Virus record (IMG/VR): IMGVR_UViG_3300027902_000155
Coordinates: 1-64,000 of that record
DNA: 64,000 nucleotides
Origin: a virus
Reading direction: 5' to 3' (one strand)
Below the pieces are notes generated by a model. That model ran no database searches and was not told where the DNA came from. It saw only the letters and a program-made list of their open reading frames with translations. A program made the translations under genes and the position numbers. Of the stretch, positions 45,957 through 56,265 are shown piece after piece. Position 1 is the first letter of the stretch, and each line of letters starts with the position of its first letter.

Positions 45957-46982
45957 ATGGGCACTGTATGGGTAGACGGGTTGCCGGTAGAATCTAATGG
46001 CAGTCAGACTCAAGCTGATGCAGAATCAGCTGCAGCAGGAATGGGCTTTGGAACTGCTGCTGGCGCAATAGCAGCTGGAGCTAGTGACCTAATCGGTATT
46101 TCCTCAACTTCCTCGACGTCTCAACCGAAGACCCCGGGACCGGCGAAAGATGCCACGTGGGCCGGCGGCCCTGGAGACATGACATTTCCAGTCGACCTGG
46201 ATCAGTTCAAGTACTACATCTCTTTTGACTTTCGCGAGTTCGAACGACGTAGTCTCGGCGATCGTATATTCTATCCTGCGCGAGGCAACGTACGACTGCC
46301 GATACCGGCAAACCTCATCGACAACCAGAGCGTCGAGTGGGGAGTAGAAGCAGCAGGTCCGCTCGTTGGTACTGTAGTCGACATGCAGTACAAGACGAGG
46401 TCTCAGTTTAACCTCGAAGGCGTCACTGACGCCGTAAATAACATACTATCATTACAGACCGGAAAGGCGGTCGCCGCGCAGATAGCCCAGACCGTTGGCG
46501 GGAGAAATACTGCTCTATATACCGGAATATGGGGACTAACGATCAATCCGTTCATGACCGTACTCTTTCAATCGCCGACGTTCAAGAAGCACTCCTTTCA
46601 GTGGCGGCTGTCGCCACAGAACGATACTGAGAGCGACATCGTGAGGAACATCGTCGCTAAGTTTAGGTACAACATGCTGCCCGAGCCGGCTAACGTCGGG
46701 GGCTCCGGCGGACTCGTCCTCAAGTATCCAAACATGTGCTACGTGACCCTGTATCCCGCAGATCAGTACCTATACCACTTTAAGCCGTGCGTAGTAGAGA
46801 GCATCCAGGTAAACTTTGCTCCTCAGGGTCCGGCTTTCTATAAGACGACATCTGCGCCTGGCGAGGTCATCCTGTCCGTCAATCTTCTAGAGATCGAGTA
46901 CTGGATGAAGGAGGACGTAGACAAGACGTGGAATAAGTCATCTGGCGGCGGGCCTTCGCCGGTCATCAGCACGAGGGGATAA
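45957..46982 (+). CDS. 48: baseplate tail tube cap (gp48-like)
   Basis: LPIP.NL.D, INPFMTVLFQSPTFKKHSFQWRLSPQN, FKPCVVESIQVNF. Confidence 0.8.
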   Translation: MGTVWVDGLPVESNGSQTQADAESAAAGMGFGTAAGAIAAGASDLIGISSTSSTSQPKTPGPAKDATWAGGPGDMTFPVDLDQFKYYISFDFREFERRSLGDRIFYPARGNVRLPIPANLIDNQSVEWGVEAAGPLVGTVVDMQYKTRSQFNLEGVTDAVNNILSLQTGKAVAAQIAQTVGGRNTALYTGIWGLTINPFMTVLFQSPTFKKHSFQWRLSPQNDTESDIVRNIVAKFRYNMLPEPANVGGSGGLVLKYPNMCYVTLYPADQYLYHFKPCVVESIQVNFAPQGPAFYKTTSAPGEVILSVNLLEIEYWMKEDVDKTWNKSSGGGPSPVISTRG

Positions 46983-47857
46983 TGGAGCGCTTCTTTAGAA
47001 AGTTTCCGATCATAAACTATGACGGCTATGCTGCGCTCAATATCACCGAGCGCGCCGCGATGCTCAACTCTGTCCTCAAGAACCCCTACGTCTTCTATCA
47101 GTACGACGTGACCGACGGAGAGCGCGCGGATCACCTCGCCGATCGGTACTACAAAGACCAGTATATGACGTGGCTGATATACATGGCGAACAAGGTCGTT
47201 GACCCGTACTACGAGTGGTACATGGGGCCCGAGGACTTCTCGGCCTACATCAGATCTAAGTACGGCTCGTCAGAACAAGCGCAGCAGCTCGTCGCGTTCT
47301 ATCGCAACGCCTGGTACGAAGACGAGACGAGGATCACGCCGGCGCGATACGCCGCACTCACCGCGGGCGAGCGCAAGTACTGGGAGCCGGTGTACGGCGC
47401 CAGTAACTCGATCATGGGCTACAAGCGCAAGTCGCTAGACTGGGTAGTCGATACTAACCAGCTAGTGCGATATACTGCAGACGGAACAGACTTCGTCGAT
47501 AACGAGATAGTCGACGTGCTGCTCGCAGACGACTATCCGGGACGCGGCCAGGTCGCTCACGCTAACTCTACGACCGTCACGATCAAGCACACGGCAGGCA
47601 CCGTCCTAGCGAATGACGTCGTCGTCGTCACAGGCAGCAGCACGATCACGGGCACGACCTCGAACGCCGTATCCGTAGTTACGGTCTCTACTCCCCTCGC
47701 TAATAACATTCCCGCCGACGAGGCTGCTTACTGGTCGCCAGTCACGGCGTACGACGTCGAGAACGAGAAGAACGTCGCGAACCGTAGCATCAGGGTACTC
47801 GACAAGCAGTTCGCCTCACAGACGGCGCGAGGACTCACAGATATACTCAAGCAATGA
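46982..47857 (+). CDS. 53: baseplate wedge subunit (gp53-like)
   Basis: FFRKFPIINY, GERADHLADRYY (LysM-like), WLI..N..DPYYEW, E...N...RSIRVL. Confidence 0.85.
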   Translation: MERFFRKFPIINYDGYAALNITERAAMLNSVLKNPYVFYQYDVTDGERADHLADRYYKDQYMTWLIYMANKVVDPYYEWYMGPEDFSAYIRSKYGSSEQAQQLVAFYRNAWYEDETRITPARYAALTAGERKYWEPVYGASNSIMGYKRKSLDWVVDTNQLVRYTADGTDFVDNEIVDVLLADDYPGRGQVAHANSTTVTIKHTAGTVLANDVVVVTGSSTITGTTSNAVSVVTVSTPLANNIPADEAAYWSPVTAYDVENEKNVANRSIRVLDKQFASQTARGLTDILKQ

Positions 47858-49053
47858 CTACTATAACTTATCCAGGTGAGGTGGTGATCGATGCCCTGGT
47901 GCTCGCTGGGATCAGAGGCGGCATGTGGGACATGTCGCTCGCCCTGATCAACGCGACGATCTTTGAGAGCATCTTCAAGCCCGGCATATATGCCGAGTTC
48001 AAGGTACTCGACGTCGATGACGCCCTCGGCGACCTCCAGCTCACTGGCGGAGAGCGGGTCGTCTTTATGTTTAGGACGGCCGACGAGTCCGCGGCCTCGT
48101 ACGTGTTCGCGATCAACAGTGTGACCCTGACTCAGAGCAAAGAAGCGAACATGCAGAAGTCTAGGACGTACACGATCGAGTGCATCTCTGTAGAGGTACA
48201 GCAGTCTCGCCAGGGTCCGATCCAGAAGAAGTGGACGGCACAGATCTCGACGGCCATCTCTGATATATTCAAGAACTTCCTCGGCAGCAGCAAGTCACTC
48301 GAGGTATCGCAGACGAAGGGCGTCCAGGAGCTGAGGATTAGCAACAAGAAGCCGCTCACCTCGATCGACGAGCTCAGGCGCCGGGCTACCGGCTTCATGG
48401 GCAACACGTTCTTGTTCTGGGAGAACCGAGACGGCTATCACTTCAAACCACTCGAAGAGATGCTGGCGGGCGACGCCGTGAAGAGTCTCAAGCAGTCTGG
48501 CACGGTCGGGGGAGGCGGAGGAGGAGGAAGTACTCAGTCAAAGGAGCTCGACGAACAGATCCTTCACTACACAATCATCGCCAAGTTGAACGTCGAGGCC
48601 GCCGTCAAGTCTGGCGCGCTCAGCACTGAAGTCATCACCTTCAACCAGCGCACGCGCGAGAAGGCAAGAAAGATCATAACGCCCACTATGTCGTCCATCA
48701 GTCCTGTCTTGGGCGCGCTCATGACTCTGTTTCCTAAGGTCGGCAGGTCGATATCTATTCCGATCACTTCGCTGTTCCCGATAACGGGCATTCCATCCGC
48801 CACGCCGGAACAGGCAGCTACCGCTAGCGGACTGCTGCAGCTGATCGTGCTCGTACAGACGTTCGGAGACACGGTATTTCAGGCCGGTAAGAACGTAGAC
48901 CTGACTATTCCGCGGCCCGTAGCGATAACTACTGATCCTGGACAAGACCAGATAGTCAACGGCAAGTTTCTGATAACGAAGGTGAGACACGAGATCGCGG
49001 CCCAGGGCTTCCAACCGAGGTACCAGTGCGTCCTCGAGTGCGCGCAGGGGTAG
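47854..49053 (+). CDS. baseplate hub protein (gp27/GpD-like)
   Basis: IFESIFKP, L.GGE.V, FLFWEN.DGYHF, G..V.L.IP, GKFLITKVRH; position before gp5. Confidence 0.7.
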   Translation: MTTITYPGEVVIDALVLAGIRGGMWDMSLALINATIFESIFKPGIYAEFKVLDVDDALGDLQLTGGERVVFMFRTADESAASYVFAINSVTLTQSKEANMQKSRTYTIECISVEVQQSRQGPIQKKWTAQISTAISDIFKNFLGSSKSLEVSQTKGVQELRISNKKPLTSIDELRRRATGFMGNTFLFWENRDGYHFKPLEEMLAGDAVKSLKQSGTVGGGGGGGSTQSKELDEQILHYTIIAKLNVEAAVKSGALSTEVITFNQRTREKARKIITPTMSSISPVLGALMTLFPKVGRSISIPITSLFPITGIPSATPEQAATASGLLQLIVLVQTFGDTVFQAGKNVDLTIPRPVAITTDPGQDQIVNGKFLITKVRHEIAAQGFQPRYQCVLECAQG

Positions 49054-49056
49054 CAC

Positions 49057-49545
49057 ATGGCAGGAAAAGACAACCTAGGATTTGGAACTAAGTTTGCATA
49101 CGCAGAGGTAATAGACGTCAAAGACAAGGACCGCGCCGGATACTACAGACTCAGGGTACACGGAAAGCAGGAAGACCTACAAGACAAGGATCTTGCGTGG
49201 GGACGCATGATGACACACGGCGCTTCGCATCAGAAGATCGGTAAGAGTCCGACGAGACTGATCAAGGGCAGTCACGTCATGTGCATGTATGAAGATCCTG
49301 GAGAGAACATGATAATTCTTGGTGCTGTAGATCGTTCAGGCACGTCGTCGGACGGAGTGACCATCGACGGCAGACAGGTACTCTACCCTACTTTTAATTC
49401 TCTGCCGAACGTATGCTACGGTAATAACGAGGAGGTCGGAGAGAACGATCTCAACGCTCTCGGAAACGGAAGACCGCCAGACTCCTATGCTCAGACAGCA
49501 GACGTGCTGCTTGAACAGCCGTCCCCAAAGAAGGAGACCGCATAA
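49057..49545 (+). CDS. gp5 N-terminal OB-fold protein (split gp5)
   Basis: AEVIDVKD...AG..RLRVHG, LAW, GSHV..ED..IILG. Confidence 0.65.
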   Translation: MAGKDNLGFGTKFAYAEVIDVKDKDRAGYYRLRVHGKQEDLQDKDLAWGRMMTHGASHQKIGKSPTRLIKGSHVMCMYEDPGENMIILGAVDRSGTSSDGVTIDGRQVLYPTFNSLPNVCYGNNEEVGENDLNALGNGRPPDSYAQTADVLLEQPSPKKETA

Positions 49546-50903
49546 TGGTTATGCCAGTAGACACACTCACTGGTGCTAAAGCGGCGGTATCTTTAGTAGA
49601 GAACCCCATACTCAAGCCGCCGGTCAATCAGCCAAAGCCCAAGGCGGTCGACCTCCCCAAGAAGCACAAGAGCAAGGTAAAGAAGCACGATAAGAAGACC
49701 ATAGGTAATCCTCCGAAGGGAGTCGACAAGAGCGACGTGCTGAGGATGATCCAGCAACTCGACGGCAACGCGTCGGGCATCTTTGCTAACGCTATCGACA
49801 TGCTTACCAGGATCAAGGCGATAGACGGACTCACGAGTGCCGGCGGCATCGCCGGTATGGCGAGTAGCGCCCTCGGCCAGGCTATGGCTATGCTGTCGAG
49901 TTCGTCGAGTAGTTCTTCTTCGGCTTCCTCGGCCATGAATGATGCTCTAGGTTCGACGTCAGATGACAGTACGCTTCAGGACGCGATCGACGAGGCGAAC
50001 CGCAGAATAGAAGTACTAACTGCTGTCGACGAGATAATCACCAAACTCAACGAGCGCGTCAATGCTATCGTAGTAGATCCAACGACTGCTGTAGACCAGC
50101 TAACAGTTATAGAGCTACTGCTTGACATATTGAACTCCTACGACCTCTCGATCTGTTCACAGATTCAAGTGCTGGAGATATTCCAAGCATTCCGTGCACT
50201 GATCCTTACTATAGACTACAGCTTTTTAGCACTCCCGACCGCATTTCCGTTCAGTCAGATAGTCATCGGTGTTGACGTAGCACTAGATACGCTAGACTTC
50301 AGGGGCATGGACAGACCGACCCTGCGACTGTCGGGCGCACCGCTTACTGCTGCGATGCGTGTCAGCAAGATGGCAGTACTCGATCCGGCGCTGGTAGAGA
50401 CGGCAGACCACCTCGACGCGCTACTTCTTGAAGAAGACACCTATGACGACATGGAACAGTGCGTCAACGAGTCGATCAACGAGATCATCTCAGACCTGAC
50501 GAGCGCGCTCCACAGTAAGAACTTCACGATCGAGGTGCTCAAGACGTTCCTTGCTCTGCTGCTGGAGTTGCTCAGAAAGAAGGGGCAGGACAAGGTATTT
50601 CCGGAGGGTGAACCGAGCGCGGGCAACGCCGCTAGCTTCATTCCGCAGGTCGGCAGCATGATACAGAACACGGTCAACCAGTTTCTTAAGCGCTCGATAA
50701 ACGACACCCAGAAAGTAAGGCAGTCCCTCGATAAATTCGCAAAGAATCACGCGAAGCACGAAAAGAAGAGAAAGATCGTAAAGGAAAAACTCATCCCCCT
50801 GCCGAAGCCGAGACCGGCGGAGCCCGATGACGTGTCGTCGCAGACTATTCCAGAACTTCCTGGGGGCACAACTAATCCGATTTTCAGTCCACCGTTGGGA
50901 TAG
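49545..50903 (+). CDS. hypothetical structural-region protein between the gp5 halves
   Basis: 452-aa ORF, acidic helical core with basic ends. Confidence 0.6.
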   Translation: MVMPVDTLTGAKAAVSLVENPILKPPVNQPKPKAVDLPKKHKSKVKKHDKKTIGNPPKGVDKSDVLRMIQQLDGNASGIFANAIDMLTRIKAIDGLTSAGGIAGMASSALGQAMAMLSSSSSSSSSASSAMNDALGSTSDDSTLQDAIDEANRRIEVLTAVDEIITKLNERVNAIVVDPTTAVDQLTVIELLLDILNSYDLSICSQIQVLEIFQAFRALILTIDYSFLALPTAFPFSQIVIGVDVALDTLDFRGMDRPTLRLSGAPLTAAMRVSKMAVLDPALVETADHLDALLLEEDTYDDMEQCVNESINEIISDLTSALHSKNFTIEVLKTFLALLLELLRKKGQDKVFPEGEPSAGNAASFIPQVGSMIQNTVNQFLKRSINDTQKVRQSLDKFAKNHAKHEKKRKIVKEKLIPLPKPRPAEPDDVSSQTIPELPGGTTNPIFSPPLG

Positions 50904-50904
50904 C

Positions 50905-51741
50905 ATGAGCAAAGTAACAAAGACTGAAGAACTCAGGGATACCAAGGAGCGCGTTCCGAAGAAGCGCCTCTACGGGTTCTATCCAAACATCGACGTCGAG
51001 GCGTTCCCTGGCGGACGACAGATCGTCGACAACAACGAAGACGGCGCCGAGACACACCGCGAAGAGGGCAAGGGTAACTACCACGAAGTGAACGACTTCG
51101 ACGGGCGAGTGACTAGCGTCGCTGTTGGACCGGTACACAACGCGACGGCGGCCGGAAAGACTACTACTGTCGGCGCTTCTGATGACAAGCAAGTCATAGA
51201 CCACGGCAGGAGCGGTCACGGCGGCGGAGCAGTCAGAGAAGTACGCAACGGCGACCACAAGGCGCTGGCGGGCGGCGAGCACAAGATAGTCGAGAACGGC
51301 ACCAACAAGTTCGTCACGGGCAATTCTGACAGCGGCGTCGTCAGTGCTTCTCCCGGCGGCGACCATATATTCTCTGCCGACGGAGACGTGCATGAACAGA
51401 CCAGGGGTGACAGGGTCACGTACCGAGTAGGCAACCGAGTAGAGAGCACGAAGGGCGAGGTGTACGAGGACGTCCAGGGCGGCAACAAGTCGACCGTCGT
51501 GGAGGGTAAATACCGCTTAGACGTCACCAGCGATATCCAGATCGAGTCGAAGACCTCGATCACCTTTAAGGTCGGAAGTTCTACTATGGTCATGCAAAAC
51601 GGAAAGATCACGATCACAGCAGACGAGATAATCACGGATGGTCTTACTAAACTCGGCGGCGCCGGCGCAAATCAGAAGGTTCTTACGACACCAGACACGC
51701 ACGGAGACGATCGTCAGGCGACGAAGGTACTCGGTCTCTAA
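50905..51741 (+). CDS. gp5 C-terminal beta-helix spike protein (split gp5)
   Basis: YPNIDV..PGG..DN..GAE..GNYHEV..DG and V.G.-type repeats; ITFKVGSSTM.M..G.I.I. Confidence 0.7.
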   Translation: MSKVTKTEELRDTKERVPKKRLYGFYPNIDVEAFPGGRQIVDNNEDGAETHREEGKGNYHEVNDFDGRVTSVAVGPVHNATAAGKTTTVGASDDKQVIDHGRSGHGGGAVREVRNGDHKALAGGEHKIVENGTNKFVTGNSDSGVVSASPGGDHIFSADGDVHEQTRGDRVTYRVGNRVESTKGEVYEDVQGGNKSTVVEGKYRLDVTSDIQIESKTSITFKVGSSTMVMQNGKITITADEIITDGLTKLGGAGANQKVLTTPDTHGDDRQATKVLGL

Positions 51742-51750
51742 GGAAAACAC

Positions 51751-52170
51751 ATGGCACGCGCAGACAAGATCACCCAACTCAACAAGAAGCAGGAGTACTT
51801 CTCTGACTTCCTGGACAGTTTTGCGAAGCATCCAGCATCTAACGACCTCGCGAGGACAACGAACGAGCAGTCCGTCATCCAGGCGATCAAGAACATCATC
51901 AACACCAACTTTGGCGAGCGCCCGTACCAGCCCAACGTGGGCGCCAACGTCCGCGCTGCCCTGTTCGAACCCAACGGCGCCTTCTTGTCAGAGCGAGTAG
52001 AACGAAGCATCCGAGACGCCGTCGACTACAGTGAACCTCGGGCGAGCATCCTGGAGCTGAGGGTGCGGGAGACCATCGACGGTCAGTCTATCGCGGTCGA
52101 GATGGTCATCGCGATCGGCAACAACCCGGAGCCAATCTCCCTCAACTTCATCATCAAGCGGGTGCGCTAA
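51751..52170 (+). CDS. 25: baseplate wedge subunit gp25
   Basis: F..HP..NDL, IKNII.T.FGERPYQP.VG, LFE, EPR. Confidence 0.92.
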   Translation: MARADKITQLNKKQEYFSDFLDSFAKHPASNDLARTTNEQSVIQAIKNIINTNFGERPYQPNVGANVRAALFEPNGAFLSERVERSIRDAVDYSEPRASILELRVRETIDGQSIAVEMVIAIGNNPEPISLNFIIKRVR

Positions 52171-52187
52171 GAGGGCATAAATACCAC

Positions 52188-53966
52188 ATGACGACAGCAA
52201 ACAACTCGATGGCGGTGGCATCCCTAGACTTCAGCGACTTCAAGGCCGCTTTGAAGACCTACATGCAGACAAAGAGCGCCTTCCGTGACTACAACTACGA
52301 CGGGGCGAACATGAGCCAGCAGCTCGACGTCCTGTCTTTCAACACCTTCCAGAACGCCTTCTATCTGAACATGGTCAACTCGGAGATGCACCTCGACTCG
52401 GCGCAGATCCGAGACAGCGGCGTGTCCCGGGCAAAGATGCTCAACTACGTGCCGCGGTCCGTACGGTCCTCGGTCGCCCACCTCAGTCTGTCGGTACCCA
52501 CCTCAGACATCTCGACCCTCACCATCCCGAAGGGAATCCAGTTTACCGGTACTAACGCCAACGGCACCTACTCGTTCGTGACCAGGGACACTACAGTCTG
52601 GCCGAGTGCCTCCTCTACGTTCACGGTCGACGACCTCGCGGTGTACGAGGGCGCCTACCTTACTGAGTCCTATGTCGTCGACCTGCGCGACGAGACTCAG
52701 CGCTTCTTGATCTCCAACAGGGGCGTCGACACCGAGAGTCTGACGGTATCTGTCACCGTCGCCGGCTCTAACGCCGTATACTGGACTCCGGCGACCAACC
52801 TGTACGGACTCGGACCAGACTCAAACATCTACTTCTTACAGGGAGCAGAGACAGACAGCTATGAGGTCGTGTTCGGCGACGGCGTCCTCGGCGCGGCACC
52901 GGTCGACGGCGCGCTCGTCACCATCAGCTACATCGCATCTTCCGGTGCAGATGCTAACGGGATCGACACGTTCACGATGGACTCAGACCTAGGCACGATC
53001 AACGGCGGACTGATCCTGTCGCCGTTCGTGGTCGCGACGACTACTGCGTCGTTCGGCGGAGCAGCGATGGAGAGCCTGGCTAGTATCCAGCGGTACGCTC
53101 CTAGACACTTTCAGACTCAAGAGAGCGCGATCACGACGAGTGACTATGCCGACATCGTTCGCGAGAAGTTCGTCGATGTCTATGACGCCAGCGTCTACGG
53201 CGGCGAGACCGTTACTGGTTCTGTCGAGTACGGACGGATATTCGTCGCGGTGGTCGGACTGAACGGGGCCGCGATAACGCAGGCACGACAGAAGGAGATA
53301 AAGGATACCCTTGAGGGAATGGCCGCGCCCGGCATGACGGTGGTCCTAGTAGATCCCGTCGACCTCTACGTAGAACCTACAGTAGTCGTCCATGCCGATC
53401 GCGAGATCTTATCTATGTCTACGAGTCAACTCACGGCAGTAGTCACGGCAACGATCAGCGCCTTCAATGCCGAGTACCTGGGTAGATTCAAGACCGCGTT
53501 TCGCTTTTCTAAGTTTACTGGCGCGATCGACGATTCAGATGCAGCCGTTATCAGTTGTGAAGTCACGACCACGATCAAGAAGATCGTATCTCCAGAACTC
53601 TACCTCAAGCAGCCGATCAGGCTGTCGCTGAATAATCCGATCAGCTCCGGCGTTCGCAGCAGCGAGTTCGTGTCTCTCGGCAAGCGCTACGTCTTTACCG
53701 ACACGATCACCGACAAGAACGTAACCGGAACTATCTACATGCTGGAGGTCAATCCGGCGTACACGTCCCCGGTATACACCTCGATCGGCACGGTCGACTA
53801 CTCTACGGGCGAGATAAGCATCGGTTCTGTGGTCGTCTCCGGCTACGGCGGAATCGAGGGCATAGCATTCAGAGCGACGCCCAGCGGGCAGGACATCTAC
53901 GCCAACAGGAACGACGTCATCCAGATAGACATGGGCGCGACGCTGATTACAGCAACGACGAGCTAA
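52188..53966 (+). CDS. 6: baseplate wedge subunit gp6
   Basis: LDFSDFK..LK, F.DYNYDG, EMHLDSAQIR, YEVVFGDG, AP..FQTQ..AITT.DY. Confidence 0.92.
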   Translation: MTTANNSMAVASLDFSDFKAALKTYMQTKSAFRDYNYDGANMSQQLDVLSFNTFQNAFYLNMVNSEMHLDSAQIRDSGVSRAKMLNYVPRSVRSSVAHLSLSVPTSDISTLTIPKGIQFTGTNANGTYSFVTRDTTVWPSASSTFTVDDLAVYEGAYLTESYVVDLRDETQRFLISNRGVDTESLTVSVTVAGSNAVYWTPATNLYGLGPDSNIYFLQGAETDSYEVVFGDGVLGAAPVDGALVTISYIASSGADANGIDTFTMDSDLGTINGGLILSPFVVATTTASFGGAAMESLASIQRYAPRHFQTQESAITTSDYADIVREKFVDVYDASVYGGETVTGSVEYGRIFVAVVGLNGAAITQARQKEIKDTLEGMAAPGMTVVLVDPVDLYVEPTVVVHADREILSMSTSQLTAVVTATISAFNAEYLGRFKTAFRFSKFTGAIDDSDAAVISCEVTTTIKKIVSPELYLKQPIRLSLNNPISSGVRSSEFVSLGKRYVFTDTITDKNVTGTIYMLEVNPAYTSPVYTSIGTVDYSTGEISIGSVVVSGYGGIEGIAFRATPSGQDIYANRNDVIQIDMGATLITATTS

Positions 53967-53969
53967 CGA

Positions 53970-56228
53970 ATGACTGTTGAAAAACTCGTCTCCCCGTTCA
54001 TTCCTCAGCAGTTTCCCGAGTTCTATCACGAAGAGGGTCCGAACTTCATCGCCTTCGTCAAGGCGTACTACGAGTGGCTGGAGCTCGAGGAGAACGCGCT
54101 CGGCGCATCGCGCAGACTCCTAGAGTACGCCGACGTCGACGAGACCCTCGACAGGTTCCTGACGCACTTCAAGAACGAATACATGATCGGGTTCCCGGAC
54201 GAGACCGCGGCAGACAAGCGACTGCTGTTGAAGCACGTCCTCGACCTCTATCGAGTCAAGGGCACCAAGCGCGGCGTCGAGCTCTTGTTCCGCATCCTCT
54301 TCAACGAGGACGTCGAGGTCTTCGAGCCGTGGCGCTACGTCTTCAGTCCGTCGGCGGCCGAGTGGTACGTACCCAAGTACCTGGAGGTATCTGGCAGCCC
54401 GTACCTCTGGCAGCTCGAGGGTAAGAAGATCAGTAGCTCTAGAGCCGGCACTACCGCAGTAGTCGAGCAGGTCTATCGTCGGATCGTCGCGGGTCAGAAC
54501 GTCTACGTCCTGGTGCTGTCGCACCTAGTCGGCAGGTTTCATCGATCCGAGTACGTGCTGTGCGACGACATCCCAGAGATGACTGTCGACTCCGCCCCGT
54601 CTGTGCTCGGATCGCTCTCTACCGTCAGCATCCTGTCGGGGGGCGCCGGCTACTCGGTAGGCGACATCCTCGAAGTAGAGGGCACCGGATACGGAGGATT
54701 TGTCAAGGTACTCACGACTAAGAGACAGGGAGGCGAACTGTCGTTCGAGCTGCTAGACGGCGGTTCTGGCTATACCATGAATGCGGTCGTGACTGTAGTC
54801 GGAGACGGTGCCGGGGGCGATTTTCACGTCGGCGGCATCAAGGACCGCGAGATAGTCTTGATCAACTCTGACCTGCTGTCTGACTACTTGAACAAGCAAC
54901 TAGACCAGGACTCGGCTGGCTACTTCGTCCACGTGACCAGCATCTCTGGAGCATTTACCGTCGGAGAGCACGTCTGGAGTAGTGCCGTCGTCCTACCACT
55001 CGACGTGACGCCGATATCTGGCTCGCTGCAGCTCGGAGAGGACGTTACGGGCTCCGGCGTTGCTGGCGTCATCGCAGTTACTGACGAGTCTCTAGTGAGT
55101 CTCGTCAGCAACACCGGTACGTTCACCGAGGGACTCGTCCTCACGGGCAGCACCTCCGGCGCTAACGTCTCGATAAACTACGTGTTCCCGACCGAGACCG
55201 TAGAGGCAAACGGCTATCTGAACGCGGTCAACAGTACGGTCCTAACGGTGACCAACGTCTCTTCATTCTCTAGCACGTTCCGGTTCATCTCCAACGTTAA
55301 CGTCACGACTCCCGGCAGCGGTTACTCTAACTCAGACTACGTCACGTTCAGCGGTTCCGGTTCTGGAGGATACGCCCTAGTAACGACGAGTAACACCGGC
55401 GCGATAGTTCAGGTCGACCTCAGAGACTCGGGTACCGGCTGGACCTCTGCGCCGTCTTGGCCTGGAGGATTCACCATTCACACCTCCGGCGGGAGCAGCG
55501 CGGCCCTCACTGCTAACGCTGCTCTCGCGGGCGGATACTTCATTCACGGCTCGACCGTCACTGGATTGAGCAGTTCTAAGACTGCGGTAGTCAACACCGT
55601 GTCTCGCCAGACAAACTGGTCGTTCCCTGTCGACGGCAGTACCAACCTCGACTCGCGGATCGATATGACCCTTACCTCGTACGGTCTAGAGGTCGGTACC
55701 ATTAGTCGCCTAGACCACATCAATCCTGGTGGAAACTATACTACTGACCCGACGGTGACTGTAGTCGAGGAAGACATCGCGAGCATCGGCATTCCCGACG
55801 GCAGGGGCGGGTACAAGGGAGACAACGCAGTCGTAGTCACGAGGGGCGGATACGCTAACGGGGTAGTTACTGCAGTTTCTATCGTCGACTCCGGGCTGGG
55901 GTACCAACCAGGCGAGTCACTGACCCTGTACGGTGCTGATAATCCGACAGTGATCTACGGACGAGCCGTGATCAGTCTGAGCGGCGTCGGTACCGGTTAC
56001 TGGAAGAACAACCGCAGTTTCCTCAACAGCAACCAGCGAATCCAGGACAGCTACTACTATCAGCGCTTCTCTTATGAAGTAGTAGCGCCTCGGATGCTCA
56101 AGACCTACCAGGAGTTCATGAGACAGCTGGTACATCCGACGGGGTTCGCGCTGTTCGGCAGGTACAGCGTTACAGACGTCAAAGAAAATCAGGTCTCGCT
56201 CATAGAGAGCTCGGTGGCGCAGTCCTAG
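53970..56228 (+). CDS. baseplate wedge protein (gp7-like)
   Basis: QFPEF..F..FVKAYYEWLE, LY..KGT..LFRILF, IQDSYYYQ.FSYE, VHPTG. Confidence 0.8.
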   Translation: MTVEKLVSPFIPQQFPEFYHEEGPNFIAFVKAYYEWLELEENALGASRRLLEYADVDETLDRFLTHFKNEYMIGFPDETAADKRLLLKHVLDLYRVKGTKRGVELLFRILFNEDVEVFEPWRYVFSPSAAEWYVPKYLEVSGSPYLWQLEGKKISSSRAGTTAVVEQVYRRIVAGQNVYVLVLSHLVGRFHRSEYVLCDDIPEMTVDSAPSVLGSLSTVSILSGGAGYSVGDILEVEGTGYGGFVKVLTTKRQGGELSFELLDGGSGYTMNAVVTVVGDGAGGDFHVGGIKDREIVLINSDLLSDYLNKQLDQDSAGYFVHVTSISGAFTVGEHVWSSAVVLPLDVTPISGSLQLGEDVTGSGVAGVIAVTDESLVSLVSNTGTFTEGLVLTGSTSGANVSINYVFPTETVEANGYLNAVNSTVLTVTNVSSFSSTFRFISNVNVTTPGSGYSNSDYVTFSGSGSGGYALVTTSNTGAIVQVDLRDSGTGWTSAPSWPGGFTIHTSGGSSAALTANAALAGGYFIHGSTVTGLSSSKTAVVNTVSRQTNWSFPVDGSTNLDSRIDMTLTSYGLEVGTISRLDHINPGGNYTTDPTVTVVEEDIASIGIPDGRGGYKGDNAVVVTRGGYANGVVTAVSIVDSGLGYQPGESLTLYGADNPTVIYGRAVISLSGVGTGYWKNNRSFLNSNQRIQDSYYYQRFSYEVVAPRMLKTYQEFMRQLVHPTGFALFGRYSVTDVKENQVSLIESSVAQS

Positions 56229-56265
56229 GTTTGACTGATAAATAATAGCACAGGAACAAGCATGT

